64,000 bases of DNA from IMG/VR virus record IMGVR_UViG_3300038412_000041. One strand, given 5' to 3'. The notes under the pieces were generated by a model that saw nothing but the letters and a program-made list of their open reading frames with translations, did no database searches and was not told the DNA's origin. Each line of letters starts with the position of its first letter. The stretch's first letter is position 1. Of the stretch, positions 9,498 through 18,839 are shown piece after piece. Source of the stretch: a virus. Its lineage: Duplodnaviria > Heunggongvirae > Uroviricota > Caudoviricetes. Made by a program: the position numbers and the translations under genes.

Positions 9498-10559
9498 CTA
9501 CGATCTGGTTGCGCGAGCAACAGAACGTGCGTTGGCGATAACCATTGACATAAGTTCGCTGAACGCCCAACCTCTACCAGGAATCTTCTCCGTGGTAATA
9601 TCGGTGGGTTGCGAAGTCACGCCGCCACGGTCGGTGTACTGGCCGTGATTGATAGGATCACCAATAGCAAACATTTCACCTTGGCTCAACACTTTCTGCT
9701 CAGGATGACGATAAGCATCGGAAAGGATACCCATGCCAAACATTTCGCCGAGTTGACCAGTCATCAGCAGTTCATACTTGCTCACCTGGTCAATAACAGC
9801 TTGGAAGCTGGCATCAGAAACAATGTCAGTCCACACGTCATTGGCGATCAGGAAGCTGGTGACAGGAATGTTCCAACGGCTAACTTGATTGCGGAGGGTC
9901 ATCAGACCACCAGCAGTCATAGTGCCTATGAATTGCGTCAGCGGGTTAGCCATGTTGACTGTGGAAACAGCCATGTTTCTCCACAGACGATCTTCGGCAA
10001 CCATGATACCTTCTTGAGCTTCTTGGAACTTTTCATCCAACACATCACCAGGAGATTGTTGAATTTCGCGCTCTTCCACGAAGGGACGAGACACGATATA
10101 AAATTCTGGAGGTGTGTAGGTGTTGTCGCGAATAAGTTGCGACTGCACTTGAACAGGAGACGTAGCGATGGTAGCCACGTTGTTCTTCATACGCATCTTC
10201 ACGTAGGGGAATTGACCCTGCTTGATATCTTGGCGAGCCAAGAAACGACGCATGAAGCCTTCACGATTTGCGGCTTGGTAGAGTTCTTCGGCAACAACTT
10301 CACCCAACTCACGATGAGCTTCTTGACTGGTGAAAGCCATTTCCAAGGAAGCACGACGGGCAGCAGCGGCTTGTTCACGACTGGCGGCTACTTCAGGAGT
10401 AACAGCACCGCTTTCGGAAACCATCTTCAAGAATGCAGCAACCTGCTTGGTAAGGTCCTTGTCCGAGGACGCATTGATGTGACCGTTCGATCCAACAAAA
10501 CGCTCACTACCGCGAGTCAGACGCAGATCGGTTGCGAGTACCGGGGTTTTACTTTTCAT
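9498..10559 (-). CDS. major capsid protein candidate
   Basis: 353 aa. The position (after a putative scaffold-like gene, before fibres), size and the downstream stem-loop are typical of a highly expressed capsid gene. No family-level motif could be confirmed by eye. Confidence 0.5.
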   Translation of the reverse strand: MKSKTPVLATDLRLTRGSERFVGSNGHINASSDKDLTKQVAAFLKMVSESGAVTPEVAASREQAAAARRASLEMAFTSQEAHRELGEVVAEELYQAANREGFMRRFLARQDIKQGQFPYVKMRMKNNVATIATSPVQVQSQLIRDNTYTPPEFYIVSRPFVEEREIQQSPGDVLDEKFQEAQEGIMVAEDRLWRNMAVSTVNMANPLTQFIGTMTAGGLMTLRNQVSRWNIPVTSFLIANDVWTDIVSDASFQAVIDQVSKYELLMTGQLGEMFGMGILSDAYRHPEQKVLSQGEMFAIGDPINHGQYTDRGGVTSQPTDITTEKIPGRGWAFSELMSMVIANARSVARATRS

Positions 10560-10573
10560 TTGTTAGTCACTCC

Positions 10574-11278
10574 TTAGTTAGGCACGTTAACGAACAGGCC
10601 CAAATAAGCAGAGCCAGTTGAGGGCAACGAGATAATTTGTACGCCCGAAACAGCAGCGCCTGCAGTGTTGGCAGGACCAAACAATCCGTTTGCTTCCAGC
10701 GTCACGCCGACTGCGCTAGTCCAGCTAACAGATGTATCAAACTCGGAGGTATAGATATCGCCGCGAGTGATAACACCGACTTGACCAAGATACGCACCAG
10801 CAGGACCACCGGGCAACACGTTGCCTTGCAGTTGCATTGCTTGTTGAACAGTCGGGCTGTAACGGTAAGCTACAGTCAGGGACACCCCAGAGTTGCTAGT
10901 GTTGGTATCCAAGGCATTGACGTTAGTACCATCAAGCATGTACTGAGAAGCGGTCGGAGCCGAAGCAACAGGCGTAAGAGCCGAACCAGTAGTAGCATTG
11001 ATGACGTAGATGGAACCACCGACAGGCGTGTTGCTAAGAACAACTTGACCTGCAGCAGAAACCACCAGAGTTTCGATGAAAGGCAAGGAAAGAGGTTGGA
11101 TCGGAGTATTGATTGCAACACCGGCCAACGACGTTTCGCCGCCAGCAGAAGGTTTCAATCCATACACACCACCTACGATATTACCAACCAAAGCACAGCC
11201 TTCAGCATTGACGGTCACCCCAGCTTGCAGGGGACGCTCAACCGTCAACTCAGGACGAGTTTGCGGAAAATAAAGCAT
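10574..11278 (-). CDS. capsid-associated or decoration protein candidate
   Basis: 234 aa, G/A/S/T/V-rich (Ig-like composition), adjacent to the capsid candidate. Confidence 0.4.
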   Translation of the reverse strand: MLYFPQTRPELTVERPLQAGVTVNAEGCALVGNIVGGVYGLKPSAGGETSLAGVAINTPIQPLSLPFIETLVVSAAGQVVLSNTPVGGSIYVINATTGSALTPVASAPTASQYMLDGTNVNALDTNTSNSGVSLTVAYRYSPTVQQAMQLQGNVLPGGPAGAYLGQVGVITRGDIYTSEFDTSVSWTSAVGVTLEANGLFGPANTAGAAVSGVQIISLPSTGSAYLGLFVNVPN

Positions 11279-11293
11279 TGTTAAGCTCCTTTA

Positions 11294-12826
11294 TTAACGA
11301 TTAAAGAGTGATCCGCCTGCTGCTTGTCTCAAGTCAGCAATCGAAGACACGTTATTGGCATAAGAAACCTGCCGCTTGATGCTACTTACTTCAGTTTCAA
11401 CTCTTCGACCCGACTGCTCCATGTGGTCTTCCATATTGTCACCATCTTCGTCTTCTTGTTCTTGCTCGTTGGACGATTTGATAACGCCAGGGTTGATTTG
11501 TTGGATAGCCGTTGCGAGTTCGTTGCGTACTTCTACAGATTTGTTCATGAGGTTGGATGCAACTTCAAACAGAACTCTGTGGTAGTCGTCCGAGTAACGC
11601 TCGAAGACACCTGCAGTAATCTTGTCAGCACCACGGATACCTGCTGCTGTAAGGGCTTGCACAAAACCATCACGCAAAACGTTGGATTGTTTCGAGAAGA
11701 AGTTCCGTGCCAAACCTGCCGCTGCTAGAGTGATACACTGATTATAATCAGCTTTCACTTCGTCAGCCTTGTCATGGTACAGTGCAGCACTTTCCTTAAC
11801 ACGTTTTGCAACAAGAGCCGCATTTACTTTACCTTGCGGGAATTGCAGAACGATATTGCGGAAACCGTAATGGGCCATTGCATTGTCGTAACCTTCACTT
11901 GCAACAGTTGCTTGGACCGCTCTTGCGAAGGAATTGCTACGCAGTACCGTTGCGTACTCACCTGCTTCTTCTTGACGAAGAGTAGCTACATGAATACCAC
12001 CCAGAGTTGCATGTACACGATCATCTGCAACGATCAGACCAAAGGTTGCTTTCTTGTTGTTAGCCAAGACAACAGAGGACAAAGCAACAGGAACTGGTTC
12101 ACCGTCATCTTGTTCAACTTCTTGAGGATCAACAAAGTCATCTGCGCCTTGCGACTGCTCCAGACCGATTTCATCTGCATTGTCATCAAGAGGTTCAGTT
12201 TCGGTAACATCATCCAAATCCGATTCCTGTTGGTTACGCCACGGACGATCATCGTCAGATACGGAATCACCTCCTTCTTGATCGCCGTCGCCATCTTCGG
12301 TATCGGCGTGTTGGACAGCAATAGGTTCTTCTTTTGCAGGACGTGTATCAGCCGGAGTTGCAGGCTTCTCTTCAGGTCTGGCATCTGGTTGAGTTGCTTT
12401 GGTTTCAGGAGCGCGAGTATCTGCAGGATGATCGCCACCTGCATTAAATTCATTGTTGTAAGCCAAGGAAGTGCCACAAGTAACGCAGTGCATCACACCA
12501 TCCAGTAGAGCAGCAGTCTGTTCATGGACAATGTTGTATGTACCGCAACCTTCTGCATGACAGCGTACAGCAACCATTGATTCATCAGTTTGAGGAATCT
12601 CCGGTGATGTAGCATCGGGCATTTGCTCAACGTGGTCGCTGCCACAGTTTACGCAGTAAGGTTCACTATCTGGATTCGAGGAAAACTCTGAGTCACATGC
12701 GGTACAGGCGTACATGTGTGCAATTTCCTTTCCAGAAAAGTGAGCTTTGGTTGCTGCTAGTACCAAAGACCCTTTATTCTGCTTGAGCAAGGACGCCCGC
12801 TCTACTAAGAGTTTCTTTTTGAGCAT
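11294..12826 (-). CDS. first gene of the structural operon: protein with two N-terminal Cys4 zinc-ribbon motifs, a long acidic linker and an alpha-rich C-terminal domain (scaffold or ejection protein candidate)
   Basis: 510 aa. CTACDS..CVNCGS and CHAEGCGT..CVTCGT motifs. The linker is D/E/P-rich and the C-terminus ends in an acidic EQEQEDEDGDNMED segment. Confidence 0.4.
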   Translation of the reverse strand: MLKKKLLVERASLLKQNKGSLVLAATKAHFSGKEIAHMYACTACDSEFSSNPDSEPYCVNCGSDHVEQMPDATSPEIPQTDESMVAVRCHAEGCGTYNIVHEQTAALLDGVMHCVTCGTSLAYNNEFNAGGDHPADTRAPETKATQPDARPEEKPATPADTRPAKEEPIAVQHADTEDGDGDQEGGDSVSDDDRPWRNQQESDLDDVTETEPLDDNADEIGLEQSQGADDFVDPQEVEQDDGEPVPVALSSVVLANNKKATFGLIVADDRVHATLGGIHVATLRQEEAGEYATVLRSNSFARAVQATVASEGYDNAMAHYGFRNIVLQFPQGKVNAALVAKRVKESAALYHDKADEVKADYNQCITLAAAGLARNFFSKQSNVLRDGFVQALTAAGIRGADKITAGVFERYSDDYHRVLFEVASNLMNKSVEVRNELATAIQQINPGVIKSSNEQEQEDEDGDNMEDHMEQSGRRVETEVSSIKRQVSYANNVSSIADLRQAAGGSLFNR

Positions 12827-12952
12827 GTCGTTACCTCACTAAAAGAGTTGATGGAACGATCTGTTAAAATCGTTGACCAACATCAAATTAGTTCTCACAA
12901 AATTTTGAACGAATATTGTTAATAATGTGTTTAAACAGTTGTCAAAATAAGG
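12827..12952. promoter_or_regulatory. divergent intergenic control region between the minus-strand structural operon and the plus-strand early region
   Basis: 126 bp AT-rich gap flanked by opposite-strand starts. Contains TTGACC and TTGTCA -35-like hexamers. No hexamer pair could be assigned with confidence. Confidence 0.3.
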
Positions 12953-13309
12953 GTGAAAACAATGAGTAAAAACCAAGGTGCAATTTTTGTAGATTTGGAT
13001 GGAACTTTGGCCTACTACGATGGTTGGCGAGGTGTAGAACATATCGGTGAACCTATAGAACCGATGATGAATAGGGTAAGAGAATGGTTAATAAGAGGAA
13101 GAATAGTAAAAATCTTCACTGCAAGAGCTTGTGATCCTCGTGCAATTCCTTATATTCAGGCTTGGTTGGATAGTCACGGAATTGGACACCTAGAAATTAC
13201 CAATATTAAGGATTACTCTATGGTCGAGTGTTGGGATGATAGGGCTATTCGTGTAGTTTTAAACAGTGGTGAGCCATGCTGTAAATATGTAGAGTTAAAA
13301 GATAACTAA
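12953..13309 (+). CDS. HAD-superfamily phosphatase-like protein
   Basis: HAD motif I FVDLDGTLA near the N-terminus. GTG start at 12953 (alternative ATG at 12962 with an AAGGG ribosome-binding site). Confidence 0.5.
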   Translation: MKTMSKNQGAIFVDLDGTLAYYDGWRGVEHIGEPIEPMMNRVREWLIRGRIVKIFTARACDPRAIPYIQAWLDSHGIGHLEITNIKDYSMVECWDDRAIRVVLNSGEPCCKYVELKDN

Positions 13310-13326
13310 AACAAGAGGTATACACA

Positions 13327-14301
13327 ATGGATGCTTTAGAATTGAAGGGGCATTGCGAGAATGTATTAAAACTGATAAGCACTAACAAAGGATCAGCAAC
13401 CTTTGATTTTCTCTATCGTAACTCTAAAGGACTAAGTGAACGTACCGAATTAAGTAGGGTATTGCACAAACTGATTGAGTACAAGTCAATCAAGAAACAA
13501 TACAATCAATATTGGTTGATAGATGCAAGCGTTGTTATACCTATTGAAGATGACAGCAAAGAAAAAGAAAGTGAAAAGTTTGAAAAGCTTGTAGCAAAGG
13601 TTGTTCAGCCTGTAAAGAAAGAGCAGACAAAGGAAGAGAAACAAAAAGTTGCTGAACCTCAAGAAACAAAAGTTAAAAAGAAAGAAAATGGTAAGCTTCG
13701 TAGAAAGGCAGAATCTGGGATGGTTGCCTATGTACTCTACAAGTTTAGTGGTTCAAACATTTCAGCTGAGGTAATAGCAAACCACTGCGGCTCACAAATA
13801 AGTGTGCAACGAGTAAAGGCAATCATTGGAATGCTACTCACAAAGTATGGCGATGATTACGTAGTCAAGATTGGTGAAGGTAGAAAATGCTTTTATGCTT
13901 GGTCTGGCAAAAAGAATTATCCTTTTAGTGTGGTAGAAGAGACAGACTGTGCAATGTTTAAGGAAAACACTCATCACGCATCCGATACCCAGTTGATTAC
14001 TCACAAATTTGATGAGTACAAACTGGAAGAAGAACGCGTAGATAATTCAGTTTCAGATGAGAGAGCAACCGTAGCTTCAACGTTGGACACTGCATTAAGT
14101 AAGATAGGAAAATCAGTTGATTCAAGAAAGGAAAATGAGACTGGTTATTCTGTAGAAGCAGACAGAAAACCTAAAGTAGATATTAAACAAGTGCTTAAGG
14201 TTGCTGAGGAAGAATTGGCAAGACTATACAGCCAACGCAATATCATTCAGTCAGCAATAAATGGGTTTGAACACATCATACGATTAATAGACCAAGGTTA
14301 A
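13327..14301 (+). CDS. hypothetical protein with a K/E-rich low-complexity centre
   Basis: 324 aa ORF. Ribosome-binding site AGAGG precedes the ATG. Confidence 0.45.
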   Translation: MDALELKGHCENVLKLISTNKGSATFDFLYRNSKGLSERTELSRVLHKLIEYKSIKKQYNQYWLIDASVVIPIEDDSKEKESEKFEKLVAKVVQPVKKEQTKEEKQKVAEPQETKVKKKENGKLRRKAESGMVAYVLYKFSGSNISAEVIANHCGSQISVQRVKAIIGMLLTKYGDDYVVKIGEGRKCFYAWSGKKNYPFSVVEETDCAMFKENTHHASDTQLITHKFDEYKLEEERVDNSVSDERATVASTLDTALSKIGKSVDSRKENETGYSVEADRKPKVDIKQVLKVAEEELARLYSQRNIIQSAINGFEHIIRLIDQG

Positions 14302-14306
14302 AACAA

Positions 14307-14594
14307 ATGGATGATTACTCTGATCTGATTAAGGTAGGATCAATGTCGGAAGAAGAACTTCAGCGACGTATGCGAATGATAGAAATTCCTGACAAAAAAG
14401 ATTCAAAAGAAAAGCAATTTCATTTTCATAGAACCGAACACGGAACACTAACCAGGTGCTACCACAATTGCAAACAGTTGTTGTTGAGTTGGCAATTCTG
14501 GATTGGAACTTTGGTTAGTTTTCCTTTAGAACATGCACTATATGAATACGTGTGGCCTTTTACACTAATAACCAAACTTTTGAGTCTGTCATGA
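14307..14594 (+). CDS. hypothetical protein
   Basis: 95 aa ORF tiled directly after the previous gene. Confidence 0.35.
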   Translation: MDDYSDLIKVGSMSEEELQRRMRMIEIPDKKDSKEKQFHFHRTEHGTLTRCYHNCKQLLLSWQFWIGTLVSFPLEHALYEYVWPFTLITKLLSLS

Positions 14595-14752
14595 ACTTTC
14601 TATTTGACCCAAAGATTTTCAACTATGTAATTTTAACTCTATACCTGATGAATGCAGGTTGGTGGTTGTTTCATGGTAAGTATGCGGATACCTGTTATTG
14701 GTTATCAGCATTCGCAATTACAGCAACAGTTACCTTTGGCTATAAACACTAG
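14552..14752 (+). CDS. small hydrophobic protein
   Basis: 66 aa, W/F-rich with two hydrophobic stretches. Overlaps the previous ORF by 43 nt. Confidence 0.3.
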   Translation: MAFYTNNQTFESVMNFLFDPKIFNYVILTLYLMNAGWWLFHGKYADTCYWLSAFAITATVTFGYKH

Positions 14753-14760
14753 GACTACAG

Positions 14761-14991
14761 ATGATTGACAAAGCAGAAGTAAATAACAGTATTCAGATTC
14801 TCTTGAAGGACAAACTAACGAAAGCAGATAAGGAAAAGATTAAGATAGTATTGAAAAAGATTGTGGATGCGAAACCTGTTGGTTACACATATCCTCAATG
14901 TGCTGAATACTTGACGAAGCAAAGCTCAGCAAAGATGCAAAAAGAAAAGGATGCATTCTTTAACGTTCCACTCTATGAAGGAAACGAATAG
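14761..14991 (+). CDS. hypothetical small protein
   Basis: 76 aa ORF. Confidence 0.35.
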   Translation: MIDKAEVNNSIQILLKDKLTKADKEKIKIVLKKIVDAKPVGYTYPQCAEYLTKQSSAKMQKEKDAFFNVPLYEGNE

Positions 14992-14997
14992 GAGATT

Positions 14998-15294
14998 ATG
15001 ATGATAGCTGATGAAAACAAGGTAGAAAACAGAATAACGAGCCAAGAAGGGAAGATTAGTCGTGCTGTTAAGGAACTTAGAATTTCTGTTTCTGTTCTAG
15101 AACAACATATATCTGTCCTGGAAAACAAGCTGGAATCTATATGCAGACCAGTTGCAATATTAAAGGCTGTAGATGATGCAGCAGAGGCTAGTGAAGGTAT
15201 ATCACCACTGTCTTGTGAACTGTATGAGTTGGATGGTACATTGGCTAGACTTGTCCGAAGAGTAGATGTTTTGACAAACCATTTGGATATCTAA
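14998..15294 (+). CDS. hypothetical coiled-coil protein
   Basis: 98 aa. Heptad-like LEQHISVLENKLESI segment. Confidence 0.35.
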   Translation: MMIADENKVENRITSQEGKISRAVKELRISVSVLEQHISVLENKLESICRPVAILKAVDDAAEASEGISPLSCELYELDGTLARLVRRVDVLTNHLDI

Positions 15295-15309
15295 GAGAAC
15301 CCACTAAAT

Positions 15310-15371
15310 AGCAATCTAGTAATATCTATGATATATGGTTATTGCTAGTTAGTAGATATTACTAGATTGCT
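15310..15371 (+). other. 19-bp perfect inverted repeat (AGCAATCTAGTAATATCTA ... TAGATATTACTAGATTGCT) with a 24-nt spacer; terminator or operator candidate immediately before the first repeated promoter-like motif
   Basis: Arms at 15310-15328 and 15353-15371. Sits between the stop of 14998..15294 and motif copy 1. Confidence 0.4.
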
Positions 15372-15374
15372 TAC

Positions 15375-15391
15375 TAGTATACATATAGTTA
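15375..15391 (+). promoter_or_regulatory. repeated 17-nt motif TAGTATACATATAGTTA, copy 1 (phage promoter candidate)
   Basis: Identical 17-mer also at 15675 and 16469. Each lies upstream of a gene start (21 nt before the ATG at 15413). Confidence 0.4.
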
Positions 15392-15412
15392 TCTCTAAGT
15401 GGAGGATATAGA

Positions 15413-15661
15413 ATGGATAACTTTGCCATATTCTGCATCTGGTTAACAGGGTTCATAGTAATTACGGTTTTATTGGTGGCAAACAATATATGGATAATCA
15501 AGGGTAAAAACAATAGAATTACAAGAGGAATAGGTATGATTACAGTGGATGAAGATATAATCCTATTCGCAAGCTCTTTATGGTTCCTTGTTTTAGCCTT
15601 ATTCGTAATCACTCACGTATTTAATATACACGTAACAGTAATCAAGAAGCTTTACGGCTAG
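15413..15661 (+). CDS. small transmembrane protein
   Basis: 82 aa with two hydrophobic helices. Ribosome-binding site GGAGGA. Confidence 0.4.
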   Translation: MDNFAIFCIWLTGFIVITVLLVANNIWIIKGKNNRITRGIGMITVDEDIILFASSLWFLVLALFVITHVFNIHVTVIKKLYG

Positions 15662-15674
15662 TAGATGCATCAGG

Positions 15675-15691
15675 TAGTATACATATAGTTA
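15675..15691 (+). promoter_or_regulatory. repeated 17-nt motif TAGTATACATATAGTTA, copy 2
   Basis: Identical to copies 1 and 3. 20 nt upstream of the ATG at 15712. Confidence 0.4.
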
Positions 15692-15711
15692 ATATCTGAA
15701 TAGGAGAACAT

Positions 15712-15996
15712 GTGATGATGGGAAACGAAGTTAGTATTTTGTGGTTTGTTGTGTGGTTAATAGGTTTCATTATCTCTAACCTGATTCTGCTAAATAGCAA
15801 TGCAAATGTTGAAAACAACAAAAGAAGCTGGATTTCTGATAAAGTAGGCAGATTCAGTTATTACGAAATCACAATGATAAGTTGTTTATGGTTCTCTGTT
15901 TTGATTTTAGCAGCCATAGTCTATGCAGGATATTTGTACGTTAGTCTTTTGAAGGCTATAACGAAATATCTGGCAAATAGGAACAAGAAACAATGA
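15712..15996 (+). CDS. small transmembrane protein
   Basis: 94 aa with two hydrophobic helices. Ribosome-binding site GGAGAA. Confidence 0.4.
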   Translation: MMMGNEVSILWFVVWLIGFIISNLILLNSNANVENNKRSWISDKVGRFSYYEITMISCLWFSVLILAAIVYAGYLYVSLLKAITKYLANRNKKQ

Positions 15997-16181
15997 ACTA
16001 CTTGTCTATATATTGGTGGTTATCTGTAACAGGTGTCATGTTGTTCGTTATCTACCGCTTGTTCTTTAATAACCATTCAAAGACATTAAGCATACTATTG
16101 CTTTTGCCTGTTACTTGGCCTATCTTAGCGTATTTGTTAGCAATTCAGGCTTATCGTTTCATATTGAAAAAGGACAAATAA
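15993..16181 (+). CDS. small transmembrane protein
   Basis: 62 aa with two hydrophobic helices. Start overlaps the previous stop (ATGA). Confidence 0.4.
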   Translation: MNYLSIYWWLSVTGVMLFVIYRLFFNNHSKTLSILLLLPVTWPILAYLLAIQAYRFILKKDK

Positions 16182-16182
16182 C

Positions 16183-16446
16183 TTGAACTTAATTATCTAT
16201 CTGTTAATTGTTTTGTTATTCTTGTTATTAGGTACTTTCTACAATGGCTATATATTGCAAGATAGAAAATTCATAATAAACACTACAACATTCTGGAGGC
16301 TTGATTGTAACCAGCTATTGTTTCTAGGTATATGCTGGCCTATTTCAATACCTGTCCTTGTTTTATTTCTCTTCTACTCTTTTGTCTATGTTGGCTTTAT
16401 GTGTAAGCTTACCTGCCTTTTTAAGGAATTAAGGGATAAATGCTAA
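16183..16446 (+). CDS. small transmembrane protein
   Basis: 87 aa with two or three hydrophobic helices. TTG start with an AAAGGA ribosome-binding site; start uncertain. Confidence 0.35.
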   Translation: MNLIIYLLIVLLFLLLGTFYNGYILQDRKFIINTTTFWRLDCNQLLFLGICWPISIPVLVLFLFYSFVYVGFMCKLTCLFKELRDKC

Positions 16447-16468
16447 GTCATTGATTTTGTTCAGCTTC

Positions 16469-16485
16469 TAGTATACATATAGTTA
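16469..16485 (+). promoter_or_regulatory. repeated 17-nt motif TAGTATACATATAGTTA, copy 3
   Basis: Identical 17-mer, 86 nt upstream of the HNH endonuclease gene. Confidence 0.4.
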
Positions 16486-16570
16486 AGTTGTTGGTTTTAA
16501 TAGATATTGAGCTTGGTAATCTGTGATTTTCGCTGATAGTATACCAATGTTATACCACTAAGGATTTTCC

Positions 16571-17527
16571 ATGGTTAGTAGAGTTAAATGTAAAGGTTCA
16601 GGTAGAATATGGATAACCAACGGTAGAAGTAATATGCTTATACGTAGAGATAAGCCTATCAAGTTATCAGATAAATGGTGGTATGGAAGGACAAAGACAG
16701 CGAGAAGTTTAATGGATAGAGATTACGTATGGGTGAATAACGGAATAATAAACAAAAAAGTGAAAGTAGGTTCAAGCATAGAAGAAGGCTGGAGAGAAGG
16801 AAGAAAGCGGTGTGAAAAAGGAAAAGCACTTACTAACAAGATATGGATAACAAATGGAGTGCGTAACCTTGTAATATTTCCAAATGAAAAAATACCAGAT
16901 GGTTGGGAACGAGGAGTAACCAAATACCGAGATTACAAAATAACAGAAAAGCAGCGTTTGAAGAAAGCAAAGTATCAAAGGGAAAATGTTGATCGTGTTT
17001 TATTAAGTTCAGCGAGAAAGAGTGCGAAGCTTAGAAAGTTAAAGTTCAACCTAGAGTTAGGTGACATATTAGTACCTACTATCTGCCCTATACTAAAAAT
17101 AAGATTAAAGAGTCATATAGGTACTGGAATAGGAAGACAAGATAACACACCGTCTCTCGATAGAATAGATTCTAGTAAAGGTTACGTTAAAGGCAACGTT
17201 CGCGTAATATCTTGGTTGGCAAACAGGATGAAGACAAACGCAACAGAGCAACAACTTTTAGCTTTTGCAAAAGGCATCCTGAGACTTTCAAAATCGCAGG
17301 TTGTTGTAGGTTATTTGGTGGCAAAAAATTTAAGAGACTTGGATTTAGAGAATGTAAAAATACATGAGTCACTAGATTCAGCCAGACAGCAAATAGGAAG
17401 AAGACTGTACAAAGTAAAGATTGGTTATGGTAGTATTTTAAGGCACAAGCTCGTTGCTATAAGAAAGAATAAAAGATGGGTTTCAACTACACTATTAAAA
17501 AGTGAAACTAACAAGATAAAGGTATGA
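16571..17527 (+). CDS. HNH homing endonuclease with N-terminal repeated DNA-binding modules
   Basis: C-terminal His-Me finger SLDRIDSSKGYVKGNVRVISWLANRMK (HNH_3-like). Three N-terminal (I/V)W(I/V)(T/N)NG repeats, as in free-standing phage homing endonucleases. Confidence 0.7.
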   Translation: MVSRVKCKGSGRIWITNGRSNMLIRRDKPIKLSDKWWYGRTKTARSLMDRDYVWVNNGIINKKVKVGSSIEEGWREGRKRCEKGKALTNKIWITNGVRNLVIFPNEKIPDGWERGVTKYRDYKITEKQRLKKAKYQRENVDRVLLSSARKSAKLRKLKFNLELGDILVPTICPILKIRLKSHIGTGIGRQDNTPSLDRIDSSKGYVKGNVRVISWLANRMKTNATEQQLLAFAKGILRLSKSQVVVGYLVAKNLRDLDLENVKIHESLDSARQQIGRRLYKVKIGYGSILRHKLVAIRKNKRWVSTTLLKSETNKIKV

Positions 17528-18210
17528 AAATGGAATACAAAAGATTAGCAAATAATTTGAAACACAGGTTGTTAAAACAAGGAATAAACGATCCGTTGAC
17601 TACTGATATCTTAACATTTATTGTATTGCTTTTAAACAGGCATATTGATTGTGCGTGTATGAATTGTAGAATGAAAGCTGTTAATAGTAAAGACACTAGC
17701 TACACAGATAAAAAATATCTCATGTTTGACCCGTTGACAGGTTCACCGTACTCTGTAGTAATTGATAGCAGAGAGTGGAGATTAAATAATCCGAATGTTA
17801 CCTGGCTTTACAACCCGTGGACAGGTGAGTTAAGAGACGGCAGAGACGTGCTATCTGACAGAGAAGGTTTTCTGTTGGTCCCACCTGTTAACAGAGAAAC
17901 TTTCAGAGTCTTAGTTGTTGAATACAGACTGGAACCTACAGTAGGTTATCAGTATAAAAAAGTGAGATTAAATAAAGGCAGTTTGGATGTAAAAGTGGAT
18001 AGAGATATTTATATAACATCTGCATTAAAGCTTAGGCTTGATGAAATATTGACCACTTGCCTTAACTCAACAATTGAAAACTCTACAAAGGATTCACTCA
18101 TTGCTTCTGTGAAACATTTGTTGATTTCTGGGTTACATGCAAACGATGCATCATTTGATTCTAGAACCTACAGTGGTTATGTGTTGAAAGGTGAACCGCA
18201 GTACTTTTAG
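17524..18210 (+). CDS. hypothetical protein
   Basis: 228 aa ORF overlapping the previous stop. Confidence 0.4.
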   Translation: MKMEYKRLANNLKHRLLKQGINDPLTTDILTFIVLLLNRHIDCACMNCRMKAVNSKDTSYTDKKYLMFDPLTGSPYSVVIDSREWRLNNPNVTWLYNPWTGELRDGRDVLSDREGFLLVPPVNRETFRVLVVEYRLEPTVGYQYKKVRLNKGSLDVKVDRDIYITSALKLRLDEILTTCLNSTIENSTKDSLIASVKHLLISGLHANDASFDSRTYSGYVLKGEPQYF

Positions 18211-18224
18211 ATAAAGGATAAGAA

Positions 18225-18839
18225 ATGTTAGTTAATGTTTTGCTGGATACTGAGAAAGTAGAAAGAGTGGCAGACTTTTTGGATTCTTTATCTAAAGATA
18301 AAGCTCATGAAGTAGCAGATTACCTCCGAGAGTTATCATCTATCAATAAACAAGACGAATCTTGTTGCGAGTCCTGTAAAGGAACTGGATACACATCAAG
18401 AACGATTGCTGATCCTTATATGAATTACGAAAAAGAACCAATAGCAAGAATGCTACATTGGGTTGGGCCAGCTAGTCTTAAATGCTTTGACTCTGTTGCC
18501 AGAACATTTTCAGAGTATGGCCTATCTGAAACAGAAAAGACAAACTCGTGTTGGAGAGAAGGTGAGTTACTGTTCCGTAAAAAAGATAGAACAAAAATCG
18601 AAACAAAAACTGTTCGTTTTGATTACACTCTTTATATAAAGGGTGCTGAACCAGTAACCAGAAACGGATTGCGAGTTTCAAATCTGAACAAGGTAGACAA
18701 TTTAATAGGTGGTTATGTCCACGGTCTGACTACAAAGCCGGTGTTTGTCAGTTGGAGTCTTGATGGTTTGTATTACGGAACTAATAGACTTTCTGTTTTG
18801 GATTTAATGCTTGAGGTTAAAGATGAAATATCTGGTTAA
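18225..18839 (+). CDS. hypothetical protein with a CxxC..CxxC motif
   Basis: 204 aa with a CCESCKGTGY motif. Confidence 0.4.
   Translation: MLVNVLLDTEKVERVADFLDSLSKDKAHEVADYLRELSSINKQDESCCESCKGTGYTSRTIADPYMNYEKEPIARMLHWVGPASLKCFDSVARTFSEYGLSETEKTNSCWREGELLFRKKDRTKIETKTVRFDYTLYIKGAEPVTRNGLRVSNLNKVDNLIGGYVHGLTTKPVFVSWSLDGLYYGTNRLSVLDLMLEVKDEISG

Noticed and set aside
9609-10577. 322 aa plus-strand ORF antisense to the capsid-candidate gene
   Set aside because: It lies entirely inside a better-supported minus-strand gene and has an H/R/S-rich non-protein-like composition, so it is treated as a shadow ORF.
11324-12508. Plus-strand ORFs (134, 69 and 244 aa) and a minus-strand 147 aa ORF inside the 510 aa structural gene
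   Set aside because: They overlap a long well-formed gene in other frames. Their Cys/Ser-rich, low-complexity translations fit shadow ORFs.
15349-15612. 87 aa minus-strand ORF
   Set aside because: It overlaps the inverted repeat and promoter motif and is antisense to a well-formed small membrane-protein gene with a ribosome-binding site.
16447-16570. Possible tRNA or small RNA in the 124-bp gap before the HNH gene
   Set aside because: No cloverleaf-compatible segments were found (no GTTC-type T-arm and no acceptor-stem pairing). Only motif copy 3 and short TGGTA/TACCA repeats are present.
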